DNA of 63,932 nt, the filler included. It is 7 parts of 7 records of this genome, joined end to end, with 100 filler letters (N's around TTAATTAATTAA, not from the genome) between each part and the next. Parts side by side here need not be neighbours in the genome. Positions count along the whole stretch, not along the records: positions 34,704 to 43,263 come from DRR723986_10938; positions 43,364 to 50,172 come from DRR723986_10939; positions 50,273 to 56,576 come from DRR723986_10941; 4 more parts are not named here. One strand, written 5' to 3'. The translations under genes and the position numbers were made by a program. Shown in pieces: positions 40,204-50,722 of this stretch (the stretch's first letter is position 1; the number at the start of each line of letters is the position of its first letter). The notes beneath the pieces were generated by a model. It did no database searches and had not been told where the DNA came from. It saw only the letters and a list, made by a program, of their open reading frames with translations.

Positions 40204-40920
40204 TCAGCGGAGCCCTCGCATCCATGTTTCCAGCGCGCGGGCTTCCTTGCGGCGTGCTTCGGTGGCAGCTTTCGCTTCTTCGTCTTCCCCCCACTGCTCG
40301 ATCTGCCAGGCCTCATCGACGCGGGACACTTCAAACGCGTCAGCTGCAGAGAGCTGGCCTTCGGCAACAGCCAGAGCCAACAAGGCCGAGCCGAACAGGC
40401 CACAGCCGAAGAGTGTGCCGGTGAGGCGGAAATCATCCATCTCCAGCGCCACCTGGCGCGCGGCCTCCAATGAAGCGTCGGGCTGCGGTGAGGCCAGCAA
40501 GCCTTCTACGGGTACCAGAAGAATATCGAGTTCCTGACCCGCCCATTCGCGCACTGGGCGCCAATAGGCTTCCTCGCGTTCGACCAGCTCTTCTGGGCCT
40601 TCCGCAATGTGGCACAGCAGGTCGGTCTCGCAATACCGCGCAAGTTCGTCGGCCATTTCCTCACGTACTTCCGGCGTGCGGTCGATGGCGACATTGGCCA
40701 GGCGCGTCAGGTGCATGGCGGCAAGGTCGATAATGTCGTCCTGTTCATTCCACTCGGCGGCAATGGCACGGGCGAGGTGCTGGCTTGGCAGGCAAAGCGC
40801 TGCACGAGCGGGCGTCTTAATGGTGCGCCCGTCGAGGGCAACGGTCCAGCCACTGGGCATCTGCTCGGCAGCGGCATCTTTGTAGAAGCGCTTGGGCTTG
40901 TCAGAAGAAGTATTCGTCAT
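40204..40920 (-). CDS. ATP12-family chaperone
   Basis: KRFYK, LDGR.IKTP, AIAAEW, TDLLCH.A, VDE.WQ..QWG.D.EA. Confidence 0.92.
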   Translation of the reverse strand: MTNTSSDKPKRFYKDAAAEQMPSGWTVALDGRTIKTPARAALCLPSQHLARAIAAEWNEQDDIIDLAAMHLTRLANVAIDRTPEVREEMADELARYCETDLLCHIAEGPEELVEREEAYWRPVREWAGQELDILLVPVEGLLASPQPDASLEAARQVALEMDDFRLTGTLFGCGLFGSALLALAVAEGQLSAADAFEVSRVDEAWQIEQWGEDEEAKAATEARRKEARALETWMRGLR

Positions 40921-40963
40921 GGGTGCGCATGTACGCCGCGCTGGCGTTGTTTCCAAGAGACAA

Positions 40964-41659
40964 CTACGCCCCTTGCTGTCCCTCTGCGGGAACGGACCTG
41001 AAATTCAGGACGCTCTCGCGTAGTGTGCCGAATTCATGGTGCACCTCATGCGCTCCGGCTTCTTCCAGTTCGTGGGCGGCTCCGAATCCCCAGCTGACGC
41101 CTAGCGACCGAACGCCTGCGGCGCGGCCCATGGCGATATCGTAGATGGCGTCCCCAATCATGAGGCTCGCGTCTGGCTCCATTCCGAGTGCATCCATTGC
41201 CTGTAGCACCATATGGGGATGCGGCTTGCCTGGACCGTCATCGGCGCACCAGATCGTATCGAAGAAATGCTCCAGCTGGTGCAGCTTGAACAGGCTGGCA
41301 ATGCCTGCCCGTGTCTTGCCCGTCGCCATGGCGATCAGCCAGCCTTCATCGCGCAGCGCTTCCAGCGTTTCGAGCGCCCCGTCGTAGAGCGGCTGCCTGA
41401 AATCCGGGCGGGCGCGGGCGCGCACCCACGTATTCCGGTAGTCCGTGACGAGCCGCTCAATCTCATCCGCCGAGGCACCCGGCGCCAGCTGGGCGCATGC
41501 TTCGTGCAGACTAAGACCGACGATCCGGCGTGTATCGTCATATTCCGGGGGCACTAAACCAGACTGCCGGAAGGCTTCCACCATAACATTGTGGATCGTC
41601 TCACGGCTGTCGACCAGCGTTCCGTCGACATCCCAGATGGCAAGGCGCAAGTTAGTCAT
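40964..41659 (-). CDS. HAD-IA family hydrolase
   Basis: DVDGTLVDS, ATGK, KPHP, MIGD..YD. Confidence 0.92.
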   Translation of the reverse strand: MTNLRLAIWDVDGTLVDSRETIHNVMVEAFRQSGLVPPEYDDTRRIVGLSLHEACAQLAPGASADEIERLVTDYRNTWVRARARPDFRQPLYDGALETLEALRDEGWLIAMATGKTRAGIASLFKLHQLEHFFDTIWCADDGPGKPHPHMVLQAMDALGMEPDASLMIGDAIYDIAMGRAAGVRSLGVSWGFGAAHELEEAGAHEVHHEFGTLRESVLNFRSVPAEGQQGA

Positions 41660-41671
41660 GACTTCCAGACA

Positions 41672-42718
41672 TCAGACGAAGGGCGCGAGCGGATCCTTGC
41701 CCGCTTCCTGTTCAAGGAAGCCGAGCGCCTCGAACGTCTGCTTCATGTGGGGCGGCAAAGGCGCAACGATCTGAAGCGGTTTGGCGTTGGGGCGGGGAAT
41801 GATCAACGCACGCGCGTGCAGGTGCAGCCCCGGTGCAAGCCCCTGCGGAACCTCCCGGCGGCACTGGTATTTGAAATCCCCCAGGATCGAGGTGTTCATT
41901 TCCAGCATGTGGAAGCGCAGCTGGTGCATGCGCCCGGTCAGCGGCTTCAGCGCAACCCACGCCGCGCGCTGGCCGGCCGTCGAGATCACCGCATAATCGG
42001 TAATGGAATGGCGCGCGCCTTCCACGCCCTGAGCGGAGCGGAACATGCGCTCGCGATCAGAGTCCCTGCGTCCGCGCGTCTTCGGGTTCACAACGCGGTA
42101 TCCGTCCTCTTCATGCTCGTCTGGCACGCCCTTCACCATCCAGCAGCGGATCTGCCCGAATGGTGGGTTCGGCACCGCGACTGTCACGGCCCAGTAGACC
42201 TTGCCCATGTCGCGGCTGCGGAAGAGTTCGGCGAGCCGCGCGGCAGACGCCGGGTGTTTGGCCACGAGCAGGACACCGGACGTATCCTTGTCCAGCCGGT
42301 GTACCAGTACCGGCCGGTGCGTGCCGTCGCTCAGAGATGCCAGCATGCCGTCAATGTGTTTGCCCTGCCCGGAACCGCCCTGCACGGCGAGGCCGGCGGG
42401 CTTGTTGAGGGCAATCATGTCGTCGTCTTCGTAGAGCGTGATTTCCCGCAGGAAGTCACGGTCTTCCTTTGACAGTTTCGTTGTCTTGTCAGGCGCCGGG
42501 CGTGCTTCATCGGTGCTCAGGATCGGTAGCCGAACCTGCATGCCGACGGATAGGCGGGTGTTGGACTTCGCCCGCGCGCCATCCACCCGGATCTGCCCGG
42601 TACGGAGCATCTTCTCCACCTGGCCCTGGGTCAGCTGCACGCGCCGCTTAACCCAACGGTCAAGCCGAGTGCCTTCCTCCTTGGAGGTGACGGTTTCGGT
42701 GACGATCTGCCCGCTCAT
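41672..42718 (-). CDS. RluA/RluC-family pseudouridine synthase with S4 domain
   Basis: RLDRW, NKPAGLAVQGG, HRLDKDTSG, TGR.HQLR.H, LHLHA; start MSGQIV overlaps the crcB stop. Confidence 0.95.
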   Translation of the reverse strand: MSGQIVTETVTSKEEGTRLDRWVKRRVQLTQGQVEKMLRTGQIRVDGARAKSNTRLSVGMQVRLPILSTDEARPAPDKTTKLSKEDRDFLREITLYEDDDMIALNKPAGLAVQGGSGQGKHIDGMLASLSDGTHRPVLVHRLDKDTSGVLLVAKHPASAARLAELFRSRDMGKVYWAVTVAVPNPPFGQIRCWMVKGVPDEHEEDGYRVVNPKTRGRRDSDRERMFRSAQGVEGARHSITDYAVISTAGQRAAWVALKPLTGRMHQLRFHMLEMNTSILGDFKYQCRREVPQGLAPGLHLHARALIIPRPNAKPLQIVAPLPPHMKQTFEALGFLEQEAGKDPLAPFV

Positions 42719-43098
42719 GCAAACACCTTCCGGGCCAGCCAAAGGCCGATGAAGAGCGCGACAAGGCCAAGCGCAACAGATAAGGCCGCATAGGCGACCG
42801 CACGGGTCATGTCGCCAGCGCGGACAAAATTGGCGACTTCCAGCGAGAAGGCAGAAAAGGTGGTGAATCCGCCCAGCAGTCCGGTCGCAAGGAACAGCCG
42901 GAGCTCCTGCGGCCCGCCCTGCCCGCGAAACGCAAGCCAGCTGATCAGAAAGCCCATGAAAAAGCTGCCGATAATGTTCACCGCAAAGGTACCATACGGC
43001 CAATGATCAGGCATATGGCGCACAGTAAACTGGCCCACACCATGGCGCATGGCTGCGCCAAGGGCGCCGCCTGCCGCGACTGTTAGAAATCCGTTCAT
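42715..43098 (-). CDS. crcB: Fluoride channel CrcB/Fluc
   Basis: GGALGAAMR, GTFAVN..GSF, GLLGGFTTFSAF. Confidence 0.96.
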   Translation of the reverse strand: MNGFLTVAAGGALGAAMRHGVGQFTVRHMPDHWPYGTFAVNIIGSFFMGFLISWLAFRGQGGPQELRLFLATGLLGGFTTFSAFSLEVANFVRAGDMTRAVAYAALSVALGLVALFIGLWLARKVFA

Positions 43099-43192
43099 GG
43101 CCCGCCTTCTAACCGCTTCCGGGCCCGGGCGCCAGCGGCATGCCCAGCCCTCTTGCGCCAGCGCAGAAACCGGCTCAAATACCTTTCGGCGC

Positions 43193-43263
43193 GCGGGTGT
43201 AGCTCAATGGTAGAGCAGCAGCTTCCCAAGCTGACGACGAGGGTTCGATTCCCTTCACCCGCT
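43193..43263 (+). tRNA. tRNA-Gly (anticodon CCC); contig ends before CCA
   Basis: GCGGGTG/CACCCGC acceptor stem; D arm AGCTCAATGGTAGAGC; anticodon loop TTCCCAA; GGTTCGATTCC T arm. Confidence 0.96.
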
Positions 43264-43363
43264 NNNNNNNNNNNNNNNNNNNNNNNNNNNNNNNNNNNNN
43301 NNNNNNNTTAATTAATTAANNNNNNNNNNNNNNNNNNNNNNNNNNNNNNNNNNNNNNNNNNNN
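43264..43363. other. Artificial contig spacer
   Basis: N-run with TTAATTAATTAA. Confidence 0.99.
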
Positions 43364-43394
43364 ATTTGGACCAAGAAGAAGACAGGAGGCGCGA

Positions 43395-44099
43395 TTGGCC
43401 CGGAAGACGAGCAAAGCGAAACGGCGGCCACTGCTGCGGTTCGTGCTGCGCTGGCTGTTGCGGGGCACTGCCTTGGTCGTGGTTCTGGGCACTGCCTGGA
43501 TTGCGCTTTATGCCGTCGTGGCACCGCCAACCACGCCCTATATGCTGAGCGAGGGGCGCAGGCTGGACGGGGTGCAACAGGTCTGGCGACCGATGGAGGA
43601 GATATCGCCGCATCTTGCGCGCGCCGTGGTGGCCGCCGAGGACGCGAATTTCTGCCTGCATGCCGGGTTTGACATGGACGCCATTCGTGCCGCTATTGCG
43701 GAAGGCATGTCGCGCGGCGGGTCTACGATCAGCCAGCAGGTGGTGAAGAACGCCTTTCTCTGGCAGGGGCGATCCTGGGCGCGAAAGGCGTTGGAAGGGC
43801 TGATGACCCCGGTGATGGAACTGATCTGGACCAAGCGGCGGGTATTGGAGGTTTACCTTAATATCGTCGAGTTCGACGAAGGCATCTTCGGGGCCGAGGC
43901 CGCCGCGCAGCACTATTTCGGCATCTCTGCCGCCGATCTGAACCCGACGCAGGCCGCGCGGCTGGCTGCGGTTCTGCCCAACCCCCGCGAACGGTCTGCC
44001 TCTTCCCCGACGGCGGCTTTGCGCGAACGGGCGGCGCGAATCGCAGATGGGGCGGCAACTATACGCGCGGATGGCCGGGACGCCTGTTTTGCGCGTTGA
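43395..44099 (+). CDS. mtgA: Monofunctional peptidoglycan transglycosylase
   Basis: AAEDANFC.H.GFD, RGGSTISQQVVKN, RK..E, YLN; AGGAGG RBS. Confidence 0.95.
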   Translation: MARKTSKAKRRPLLRFVLRWLLRGTALVVVLGTAWIALYAVVAPPTTPYMLSEGRRLDGVQQVWRPMEEISPHLARAVVAAEDANFCLHAGFDMDAIRAAIAEGMSRGGSTISQQVVKNAFLWQGRSWARKALEGLMTPVMELIWTKRRVLEVYLNIVEFDEGIFGAEAAAQHYFGISAADLNPTQAARLAAVLPNPRERSASSPTAALRERAARIADGAATIRADGRDACFAR

Positions 44100-44153
44100 A
44101 TTTGGCCTCGCCCCAAGGCAAAGAGAGAGAATAAGCCAAAAAAAGAGCAGATC

Positions 44154-44819
44154 ATGACCCGCCTCTATCACTTCGCCCTGTCTCCCTTCTGCCGCAAGGT
44201 CCGGTTGGTTCTGGCCGAAAAGAAGATCGACGTGGAGTTGATCGATGAACGGTACTGGGAACCTTCGGGCGAGTTTTTGCGCCGCAATCCGGCGTCCAAG
44301 GTGCCGATCCTGAAGATCGACGGGATGCTGCTGACCGAAAGTCAGGCGATCTGCGAATACATCGAGGAAACCAACCCCGAACCCGCCCTGATGCCCCGCG
44401 ATCCCAAGGCGCGGGCCGAGGTGCGGCGGCTGTGTTTCTGGTTCGACGACAAGTTCCACCACGAGGTGACGGCGAACCTTGTCTATGAACGGGTGAACAA
44501 GAAGGTGATGCGCGGAGGCTACCCGGACGGCAAGGCCGTGAAGACCGGCGCGCAGAAGATCAAGTTTCATCTCGATTACATGACGTGGCTGCTGGATCAT
44601 CGCCGCTGGCTGGCGGGCGACAGCCTGACACTGGCGGATTTCACAGCTGCGGCGCATCTGTCCTGTCTGGACTATATCTCGGACGTGGATTGGAACCGAT
44701 CCGCCGTGGTCAAGGATTGGTACGCCAAGATCAAATCGCGGCCTGCCTTCCGGTCGATTCTGGCAGACCAGATTCCCGGTTTCATTCAACCGCCGCATTA
44801 TTCGAACCTGGACTTTTGA
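44154..44819 (+). CDS. fzlA: Glutathione S-transferase family, FzlA-like
   Basis: [35 protein letters not shown]-terminal HY.NLDF. Confidence 0.8.
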   Translation: MTRLYHFALSPFCRKVRLVLAEKKIDVELIDERYWEPSGEFLRRNPASKVPILKIDGMLLTESQAICEYIEETNPEPALMPRDPKARAEVRRLCFWFDDKFHHEVTANLVYERVNKKVMRGGYPDGKAVKTGAQKIKFHLDYMTWLLDHRRWLAGDSLTLADFTAAAHLSCLDYISDVDWNRSAVVKDWYAKIKSRPAFRSILADQIPGFIQPPHYSNLDF

Positions 44820-45847
44820 CCGGGCTGAAGGCAGCGCTGAACACAAAGGCCTTGGAAGAGGGCTTTGCCAAGATGCGAGTTTGCCGACCCGATGCGATCC
44901 CGGAGGCCGCCGGGCGGCTGGACGCGTTTGTTCGGGCCGGGCGTCATGGCCAGATGGGCTGGATGGCCGAGCGGATGCACTGGCGCGGAAGCCCTGCCGC
45001 GCTGTGGCCAGAGGCCCGGTCGGTGATCATGCTGGCAGAGCCGTACACGCCCGAAGTCGATCCTTTGGAGGCGTTGGAGAAGCGCGATTGCGCAACGATC
45101 AGCGTCTATGCGCAGAACCGCGACTATCACGATCTGGTCAAGAAACGGCTGAAACGGGTCGGTCGATGGCTGCTGGATCAGGCACCGGGCGAGGCGATCA
45201 AGGTGTTTGTCGATACCGCCCCGGTGATGGAAAAACCGCTTGGGCAGGCATCGGGGCTTGGCTGGCAGGGCAAGCACACCAACCTGCTGGCGCGTGATCT
45301 GGGGAACTGGTTCTTCCTCGGGTCCATTTTTACCACCGTTGATCTGGAACCGGATGCCCCTGAGCGTGACCATTGCGGCAACTGCACCGCCTGCCTTGAT
45401 ATCTGCCCGACAGGGGCCTTCCCCGCGCCCTTTCAGCTGGATGCGCGACGCTGCATTTCCTACCTGACGATCGAACATCATGGACCGGTAGAGCCGGATC
45501 TGCGCGAGAAAATGGGCAACCGGATTTACGGCTGCGACGATTGCCTTGCCGCCTGCCCATGGAACAAGTTCGCCGTTGCTGCGACCGAGATGCGCTATGC
45601 CGGGCGGCCTGAACTGCAAAGCCCGAAGCTGGCGGACCTGGCGGGGCTTGATGACACCGCGTTTCGCGCCATGTTCAGCGGGTCGCCGATCAAACGGATC
45701 GGGCGCGGGCGGTTCGTTCGCAATGTGCTCTATGCGATTGGAAACAGCGGTGAAGCGGCGCTGATCGGGGCCGCGCAGGCGCTGACGGACGATAACGACC
45801 CGACCGTGGCCGATGCTGCAAGGTGGGCAGTGGAGAGACTGACATGA
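44816..45847 (+). CDS. queG: Epoxyqueuosine reductase
   Basis: [50 protein letters not shown] start overlaps the upstream stop. Confidence 0.95.
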   Translation: MTGLKAALNTKALEEGFAKMRVCRPDAIPEAAGRLDAFVRAGRHGQMGWMAERMHWRGSPAALWPEARSVIMLAEPYTPEVDPLEALEKRDCATISVYAQNRDYHDLVKKRLKRVGRWLLDQAPGEAIKVFVDTAPVMEKPLGQASGLGWQGKHTNLLARDLGNWFFLGSIFTTVDLEPDAPERDHCGNCTACLDICPTGAFPAPFQLDARRCISYLTIEHHGPVEPDLREKMGNRIYGCDDCLAACPWNKFAVAATEMRYAGRPELQSPKLADLAGLDDTAFRAMFSGSPIKRIGRGRFVRNVLYAIGNSGEAALIGAAQALTDDNDPTVADAARWAVERLT

Positions 45848-46713
45848 AGCTGGTGATTTTCGGCATGGGCTTTTCCGCGGCAGCGCTGGTTCAGGCGATG
45901 CGCCCCTATCGGCCCGGCACCGTTACCGGCACCACAAGGTCCGCGCAAAAGGCCGAGGTGCTGAGCAAATCCGGCATCTCAGCCCGCGTGTTTCCCGGCA
46001 CCGACATGCGTGCGGATCTGGAAAAGGCGACCCATGTGCTGATCACCGCAGGGCCTGAAGATGGGGCGGACCCGGTGCTGAAGCACTTGCGCCCAGTGTT
46101 CGAAGACCTTGCCAGCAGTTTTCAATGGGTCGGGTACCTGTCCACGACGGGCGTTTATGGCGATCACCAGGGCGGATGGGTCGATGAAACCGCGCCGCTG
46201 ACGCCCGCCACCCGGCGCGGGCGGGCGCGGGTGCAGACGGAAATGGAATGGAACGAGCTTTACCGGCTGAAGGGCCTGCCGCTGCATATCTTCCGCCTGC
46301 CCGGCATCTACGGGCCTGGGCGCGGGCCGTTTGAAAAGGTCAGGAACGGCACCGCGCGGCGGATCATCAAGGAGGGGCAGGTGTTCAGCCGCATTCACGT
46401 GGAGGACATCGCGCAAGCGCTGTTGGCGTCGATGAAGCGACCCCGGTCCGGCGCGATCTACAACATCTGTGACGATGACCCTGCCCCGCCGCAGGACGTG
46501 CTGACCTATGCGGCCGAATTGCTGAAGGTCGATCTGCCCCCCGCCGTGCCCTTCGATGAGGCTGACCTGACGCCCATGGCACGTAGTTTCTACGCGGAAT
46601 CGAAGCGGGTGGATAACAGTCTGATGAAGCGTGAACTGCAGGTAAAACTGCGCTATCCGACCTATCGTGCGGGGCTTGATGCGCTGTTTGCCGCTGAGAT
46701 GACAAAAGGGTGA
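45844..46713 (+). CDS. NAD-dependent epimerase/dehydratase (atypical SDR)
   Basis: [34 protein letters not shown]. Confidence 0.9.
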   Translation: MKLVIFGMGFSAAALVQAMRPYRPGTVTGTTRSAQKAEVLSKSGISARVFPGTDMRADLEKATHVLITAGPEDGADPVLKHLRPVFEDLASSFQWVGYLSTTGVYGDHQGGWVDETAPLTPATRRGRARVQTEMEWNELYRLKGLPLHIFRLPGIYGPGRGPFEKVRNGTARRIIKEGQVFSRIHVEDIAQALLASMKRPRSGAIYNICDDDPAPPQDVLTYAAELLKVDLPPAVPFDEADLTPMARSFYAESKRVDNSLMKRELQVKLRYPTYRAGLDALFAAEMTKG

Positions 46714-46765
46714 TTCCGGCCCTGGCGCGGCTGCGTTAGTCTGCGGCGAAACAGGTTCGAGGCGA

Positions 46766-47254
46766 ATGATGCGCAGTCTACTGGCGATTCTCTTGATTGC
46801 GGTGATGGCCGTCACCGGGTGCAGCCGGTTCCCGACCTATTCCGGGCCGGAAGTCACGCGAATCGTCGTGAACAAAAGCGCCCGGCAACTGATCCTGATG
46901 CATCATGACGAGGTTCTGCGCGCCTATGAGATGGAGCTTGGCTTTTCGCCAGAGGGCGACAAGCAGGTGGAAGGAGACGGGCGCACACCCGAAGGCAGCT
47001 ATGTCATCGACCGGCGCAATCCGAACAGCGAGTTCTACCTGTCTATCGGCATTTCCTATCCGAACGAGGATGACATCGCCGAGGCGGAGGCGCTTGGGGA
47101 ACGCCCCGGTGGCGACATCTTCATTCACGGCACGCCAAACCCTTTCCGCCGTGGCGACGACTGGACGGCAGGCTGTATCGCCATTTCCAACCGGGAAATG
47201 CGAGAGGTCTATTCGATGGTGCGCCTTGGCACCCCGATCGACATCTATCCGTGA
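46766..47254 (+). CDS. L,D-transpeptidase (YkuD) family lipoprotein
   Basis: Lipobox VTGC; EGDGRTPEG; IFIHG...TAGCI. Confidence 0.9.
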   Translation: MMRSLLAILLIAVMAVTGCSRFPTYSGPEVTRIVVNKSARQLILMHHDEVLRAYEMELGFSPEGDKQVEGDGRTPEGSYVIDRRNPNSEFYLSIGISYPNEDDIAEAEALGERPGGDIFIHGTPNPFRRGDDWTAGCIAISNREMREVYSMVRLGTPIDIYP

Positions 47255-47260
47255 CGCAAA

Positions 47261-47357
47261 ACGCGGCGTCGACGCCGCGTGACCCGCGGGCTTTCAAAAG
47301 CCCGCAGAGCGCTCGGTCGACCGAGCGCTGAACAAGGCGCGTCGACGCGCCTTACCC
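47261..47357. repeat. Cluster of four palindromes (REP/BIME-like)
   Basis: Perfect palindromes at 47261-47280, 47308-47329 and 47334-47353, all centred on GTCGAC; hairpin at 47286-47305. Confidence 0.85.
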
Positions 47358-47360
47358 CGC

Positions 47361-47915
47361 TCAACTGCTGCGATTCGCGGGCAGGCCCTGCCCGGATGTA
47401 CCGCCGTCACCGGTGACCATGGTCCACCAGATCTTGCCGGTTTCTTCCTGATAGAAGGCAAAACCAAGATCGCGGGCATCAGGGTCGGTGATCACGTCGC
47501 GGGTGTCTGCCTGCTGCATCCATGCGGCGACGGTTTCCAGCTCTGATTCGTAGGTTTCCGAGATATTTTCCCCCAGAAGCCGGCCCGAATATCCCGCCCG
47601 CTGCGCCCGGTCGATGGGCGATGACCCGTCCGATCCGAAATGCCAGGGGCGGTTTTGCAGGCTCATATCGCGGGAATGGGTGGCGGCGGCGGCGTTCAGG
47701 GCGGCGTTCAGGGAAAGGTCGGGCGCCCCGGCCGCACGGCGCAGGGCGTTCACGCTGTCCAGCACGCGAAACTGGATCGCCGCCTCGTCGCGCGGGTTGA
47801 TTCGATAGACCGTCGGCAAGGGCCGCCCGTCCGCCCCGAGCCGAGGGGTGGTGGTGCCCATGCAGGCCGAAAGCGAGCCAAGGGCCGTCGTCATCAGAAA
47901 AGTGCGTCGCAGCAT
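47361..47915 (-). CDS. CAP/SCP-domain lipoprotein
   Basis: LRRTFL..LSAC signal; VNALR, AAATHSRDM, H.GSDGS, GENI. Confidence 0.9.
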   Translation of the reverse strand: MLRRTFLMTTALGSLSACMGTTTPRLGADGRPLPTVYRINPRDEAAIQFRVLDSVNALRRAAGAPDLSLNAALNAAAATHSRDMSLQNRPWHFGSDGSSPIDRAQRAGYSGRLLGENISETYESELETVAAWMQQADTRDVITDPDARDLGFAFYQEETGKIWWTMVTGDGGTSGQGLPANRSS

Positions 47916-48089
47916 GGAAGGATTTCGCGCCTGATACTGGTGATGTTACCCAGATCAATAGCGCCCCGACCCCGTCCGATCAAACACAACAGCCGCAATT
48001 CTGCGCATTGTGACCCGCGCATCAATGGACGCAGGCCCGCCTTGCCGCTATTTTGCGCGCCAGAGGCAGTTCCTTACGGAGGTCGAACC

Positions 48090-48692
48090 ATGAGCGACCC
48101 GAATAATCCCAACCTGAACCGACGCCTGTTTCTGGGCGCTGCAGCAGCGACACTGGCGACCCCGGCGCTGGCGCAAGACAGCACTTATGAAGGCAGCACA
48201 GAACTGGAACGCGATGTCAGCCAGACGGTGCGGCACAACATTTCCAGCTTTCGCACACTGGAATGGCAGGACTATTTCGACAACCTGAACAACGGTGCGA
48301 TTCTGGTCGATATCACCTCGCGCGCCTTGCATTACTGGAATCAGGAGGAAACGGTCTATCGCCTGTATCCCACTTCGGTGCCTGCAACCGAGGATCTGAC
48401 ACGTCGTGGCCGGACCAGTGTGGTGCGCAAGGTCGAAGGCCCCGATTGGCGCCCGACCCCCGCCATGCGAGAGCGCAACCCGGAATGGCCGGAATATGTC
48501 GCGCCTGGCCCGGACAACCCGCTTGGCACCCATGCCCTCTATCTCAGCTGGACCTATTATCGCATTCACGGCACCCACGACACGCGCAAGATCGGCCGGC
48601 GCAGTTCGAACGGTTGCATCGGGCTGTACAATGAGCATATCGCTGACCTGTTCGAACTGGCCAACGTCGGCACGCAAGTGTTGCTAATTTGA
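48090..48692 (+). CDS. L,D-transpeptidase (YkuD) family, Tat signal
   Basis: NRRLFLG; W.PTP.M, GPDNPLG, YRIHGT..SNGCI; GGAGG RBS. Confidence 0.92.
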   Translation: MSDPNNPNLNRRLFLGAAAATLATPALAQDSTYEGSTELERDVSQTVRHNISSFRTLEWQDYFDNLNNGAILVDITSRALHYWNQEETVYRLYPTSVPATEDLTRRGRTSVVRKVEGPDWRPTPAMRERNPEWPEYVAPGPDNPLGTHALYLSWTYYRIHGTHDTRKIGRRSSNGCIGLYNEHIADLFELANVGTQVLLI

Positions 48693-48843
48693 CCACAAAT
48701 CAGCGATCTTGAGGTTCGGGACGATTTCCCGGCATTGCAATCCCAAGGCATTGCTGCTTAAACCTAGATACGAGGTACAGTCTTGGGTGCCCCGCTATGC
48801 GTAATACCGCGCGAAAATTTTGGGGCGTATCTTGGAGGATACT

Positions 48844-49026
48844 ATGAAAAAACTCGCACTCGCAGCCGCTCTGTCCGTTGCCGCCACCTCCGCTTTTGCT
48901 GGCGGCTACGTTGAGCCCGTTCTGGAACCCGTCGTGATCGTGGAAGACACCTCGTCCTCCGCTGGTGGCGTCCTGGTTCCCCTGCTGGCCATCATTCTGA
49001 TCGCTGCTGCTATCGCCGCTGACTAA
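48844..49026 (+). CDS. 60-aa protein with signal peptide and C-terminal membrane anchor
   Basis: GGAGG RBS; AFA cleavage site; hydrophobic tail; own terminator. Confidence 0.8.
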   Translation: MKKLALAAALSVAATSAFAGGYVEPVLEPVVIVEDTSSSAGGVLVPLLAIILIAAAIAAD

Positions 49027-49050
49027 TTCAGTCATCGGATTAGAATAGAG

Positions 49051-49078
49051 AAAGGCGGCCTTCGCGGGCCGCCTTTTT
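49051..49078 (+). terminator. Intrinsic terminator, probably bidirectional
   Basis: AAAGGCGGCC...GGCCGCCTTTTT between convergent genes. Confidence 0.85.
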
Positions 49079-49106
49079 CATATTCCAGCGCAGGAAAAGC
49101 CAAGAA

Positions 49107-50172
49107 TCATTCAGACAATCCGGCCTCTGCCGCGATTTGGGCACGGCTTTTACGCGCCCGTTCCGTGGCGGATTTCAACTGCCCGCAAGCAGCCATGATA
49201 TCCTCACCCCGCGGGGTGCGAATGGGGCTGGCATAGCCCGCCTTGTAGATGATGTCGGCAAACTTCTCGATCCGTTCCCAATCCGACCGCTCGTATGGCG
49301 CACCCGGCCATTCGTTGAACGGGATCAGGTTGATCTTGGCCGGGATGCCCTTGATCAGCTTCACCAGTCGCCGCGCATCCTCATCCGAGTCGTTCACATC
49401 CTTAAGCATCACATATTCAAAGGTGATTCGCTCCGAGTTCGACAGTTTCGGGTAGGCCCGCAGCGCGTCCAGAAGCTCTGCAATCGGCCAGCGCTTGTTG
49501 ATCGGCACCAGTTTGTCGCGAGTCTGATCCTCTGTCGCGTGGAAAGAAATGGCCAACATGCAGCCGATCTCTTCTGCGGTCCTCGCGATCTCTGGCACCA
49601 CGCCAGAGGTCGACAGGGTGATCCGGCGGCGCGATAGCGAAATGCCCTCGGGATCCATCGCGATCTTCATCGCGTCGCGGACATTGTCAAAGTTGTAAAG
49701 CGGCTCTCCCATGCCCATCAGCACGATGTTCGACAACAGGCGCGGGCCGTTGTCGCCGGTGCCTTCACCCGGTTCCGGCCATTCCCCCAGATCGTCACGC
49801 GCCACCATCACCTGACCGACAATCTCGCCCGCCGTCAGGTTGCGCACCAGCTTTTGCGTCCCGGTATGGCAGAAGGAACAGGTCAGCGTGCAGCCAACCT
49901 GGGACGAGATGCACAGCGTCCCGCGATCGGTTTCGGGGATGTAGACCACCTCGACCTCATGCCCGCCCGCGATCCGCACCAGATATTTCCGGGTGCCATC
50001 CGCGCTGACATTGCGACTGACAACCTCTGGCACCTCGATCACGAAATGCGCGGCCAGATCGGCCCGATACCCCTTGGCGAGGTTCGTCATCACCTCAAAA
50101 TCGCGCACGCCCCAGTGGTAAACCCATTGCCAGATCTGGTTCACCCGCATCTTGGCCTGTTTTTCAGGCGTG
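49107..50172 (-). CDS. rlmN: Dual-specificity RNA methyltransferase RlmN, 5'-truncated
   Basis: CISSQVGC, CxxxCxxC (CTLTCSFC), MGMGEP, AACGQL. Confidence 0.97.
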
Positions 50173-50272
50173 NNNNNNNNNNNNNNNNNNNNNNNNNNNN
50201 NNNNNNNNNNNNNNNNTTAATTAATTAANNNNNNNNNNNNNNNNNNNNNNNNNNNNNNNNNNNNNNNNNNNN
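50173..50272. other. Artificial contig spacer
   Basis: N-run with TTAATTAATTAA. Confidence 0.99.
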
Positions 50273-50637
50273 CGAGCGGCGGACCCCTTGATCACGCAAA
50301 AGAACGTCCATTTTAAACCGAAGTCCTTCTCAAGCCGCATGGATACTAGTATCTGTCCCAGGCCGACATCTAACCGCCTTCTTGCTGGGCAATTTATTTT
50401 GCACCGGTGCTCAGGCAGGCCTGACAATTTTGACTGTTTGTTTTCATCTAAATTCGGCGGCTCTTGGGTTTGTGGCCGGCCAGCCGGCTTTTACTTTGAG
50501 GGTCTGGGACTTGGGGCAGGATTTTGGTTTTTGGGATGAGCGGCTTGTGGCCAAAACATTGACGCTGGGGGACTTGAGACTTCTGGCTGAGGGGCTAACA
50601 AAAATGTCATAAGCGGGAGACCTGGGCTCACGCTGGT

Positions 50638-50667
50638 TTTGACTCCGTCTGTTTTCTGCTATATTTG
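50638..50667 (+). promoter_or_regulatory. Bacteroidota/FCB-type promoter (TTTG-N18-TATATTTG)
   Basis: -33 and -7 consensus matches 55 bp upstream of ATG 50723. Confidence 0.55.
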
Positions 50668-50722
50668 CTCGGTTGCCACGTGTGTGGCCGTTGAGATTTG
50701 CCTATTTATCTCCGAGCTGCGT

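Noticed and set aside
40204..40920. ATP12 as a eukaryote-derived gene
   Set aside because: ATP12 in the crcB-rluA-HAD cluster is normal for Alphaproteobacteria
43099..43192. Fluoride riboswitch upstream of crcB
   Set aside because: No recognisable aptamer consensus; the short gap is shared with the divergent tRNA promoter
43308..44846. 512-aa minus-strand ORF and similar long antisense ORFs (e.g. 57110-57943, 36601-37380, 35871-36392 poly-Gly)
   Set aside because: Shadow frames of well-supported genes in GC-rich DNA; no motifs
31554..45847. tgt and queG as a queuosine cluster
   Set aside because: Different contigs and different phyla
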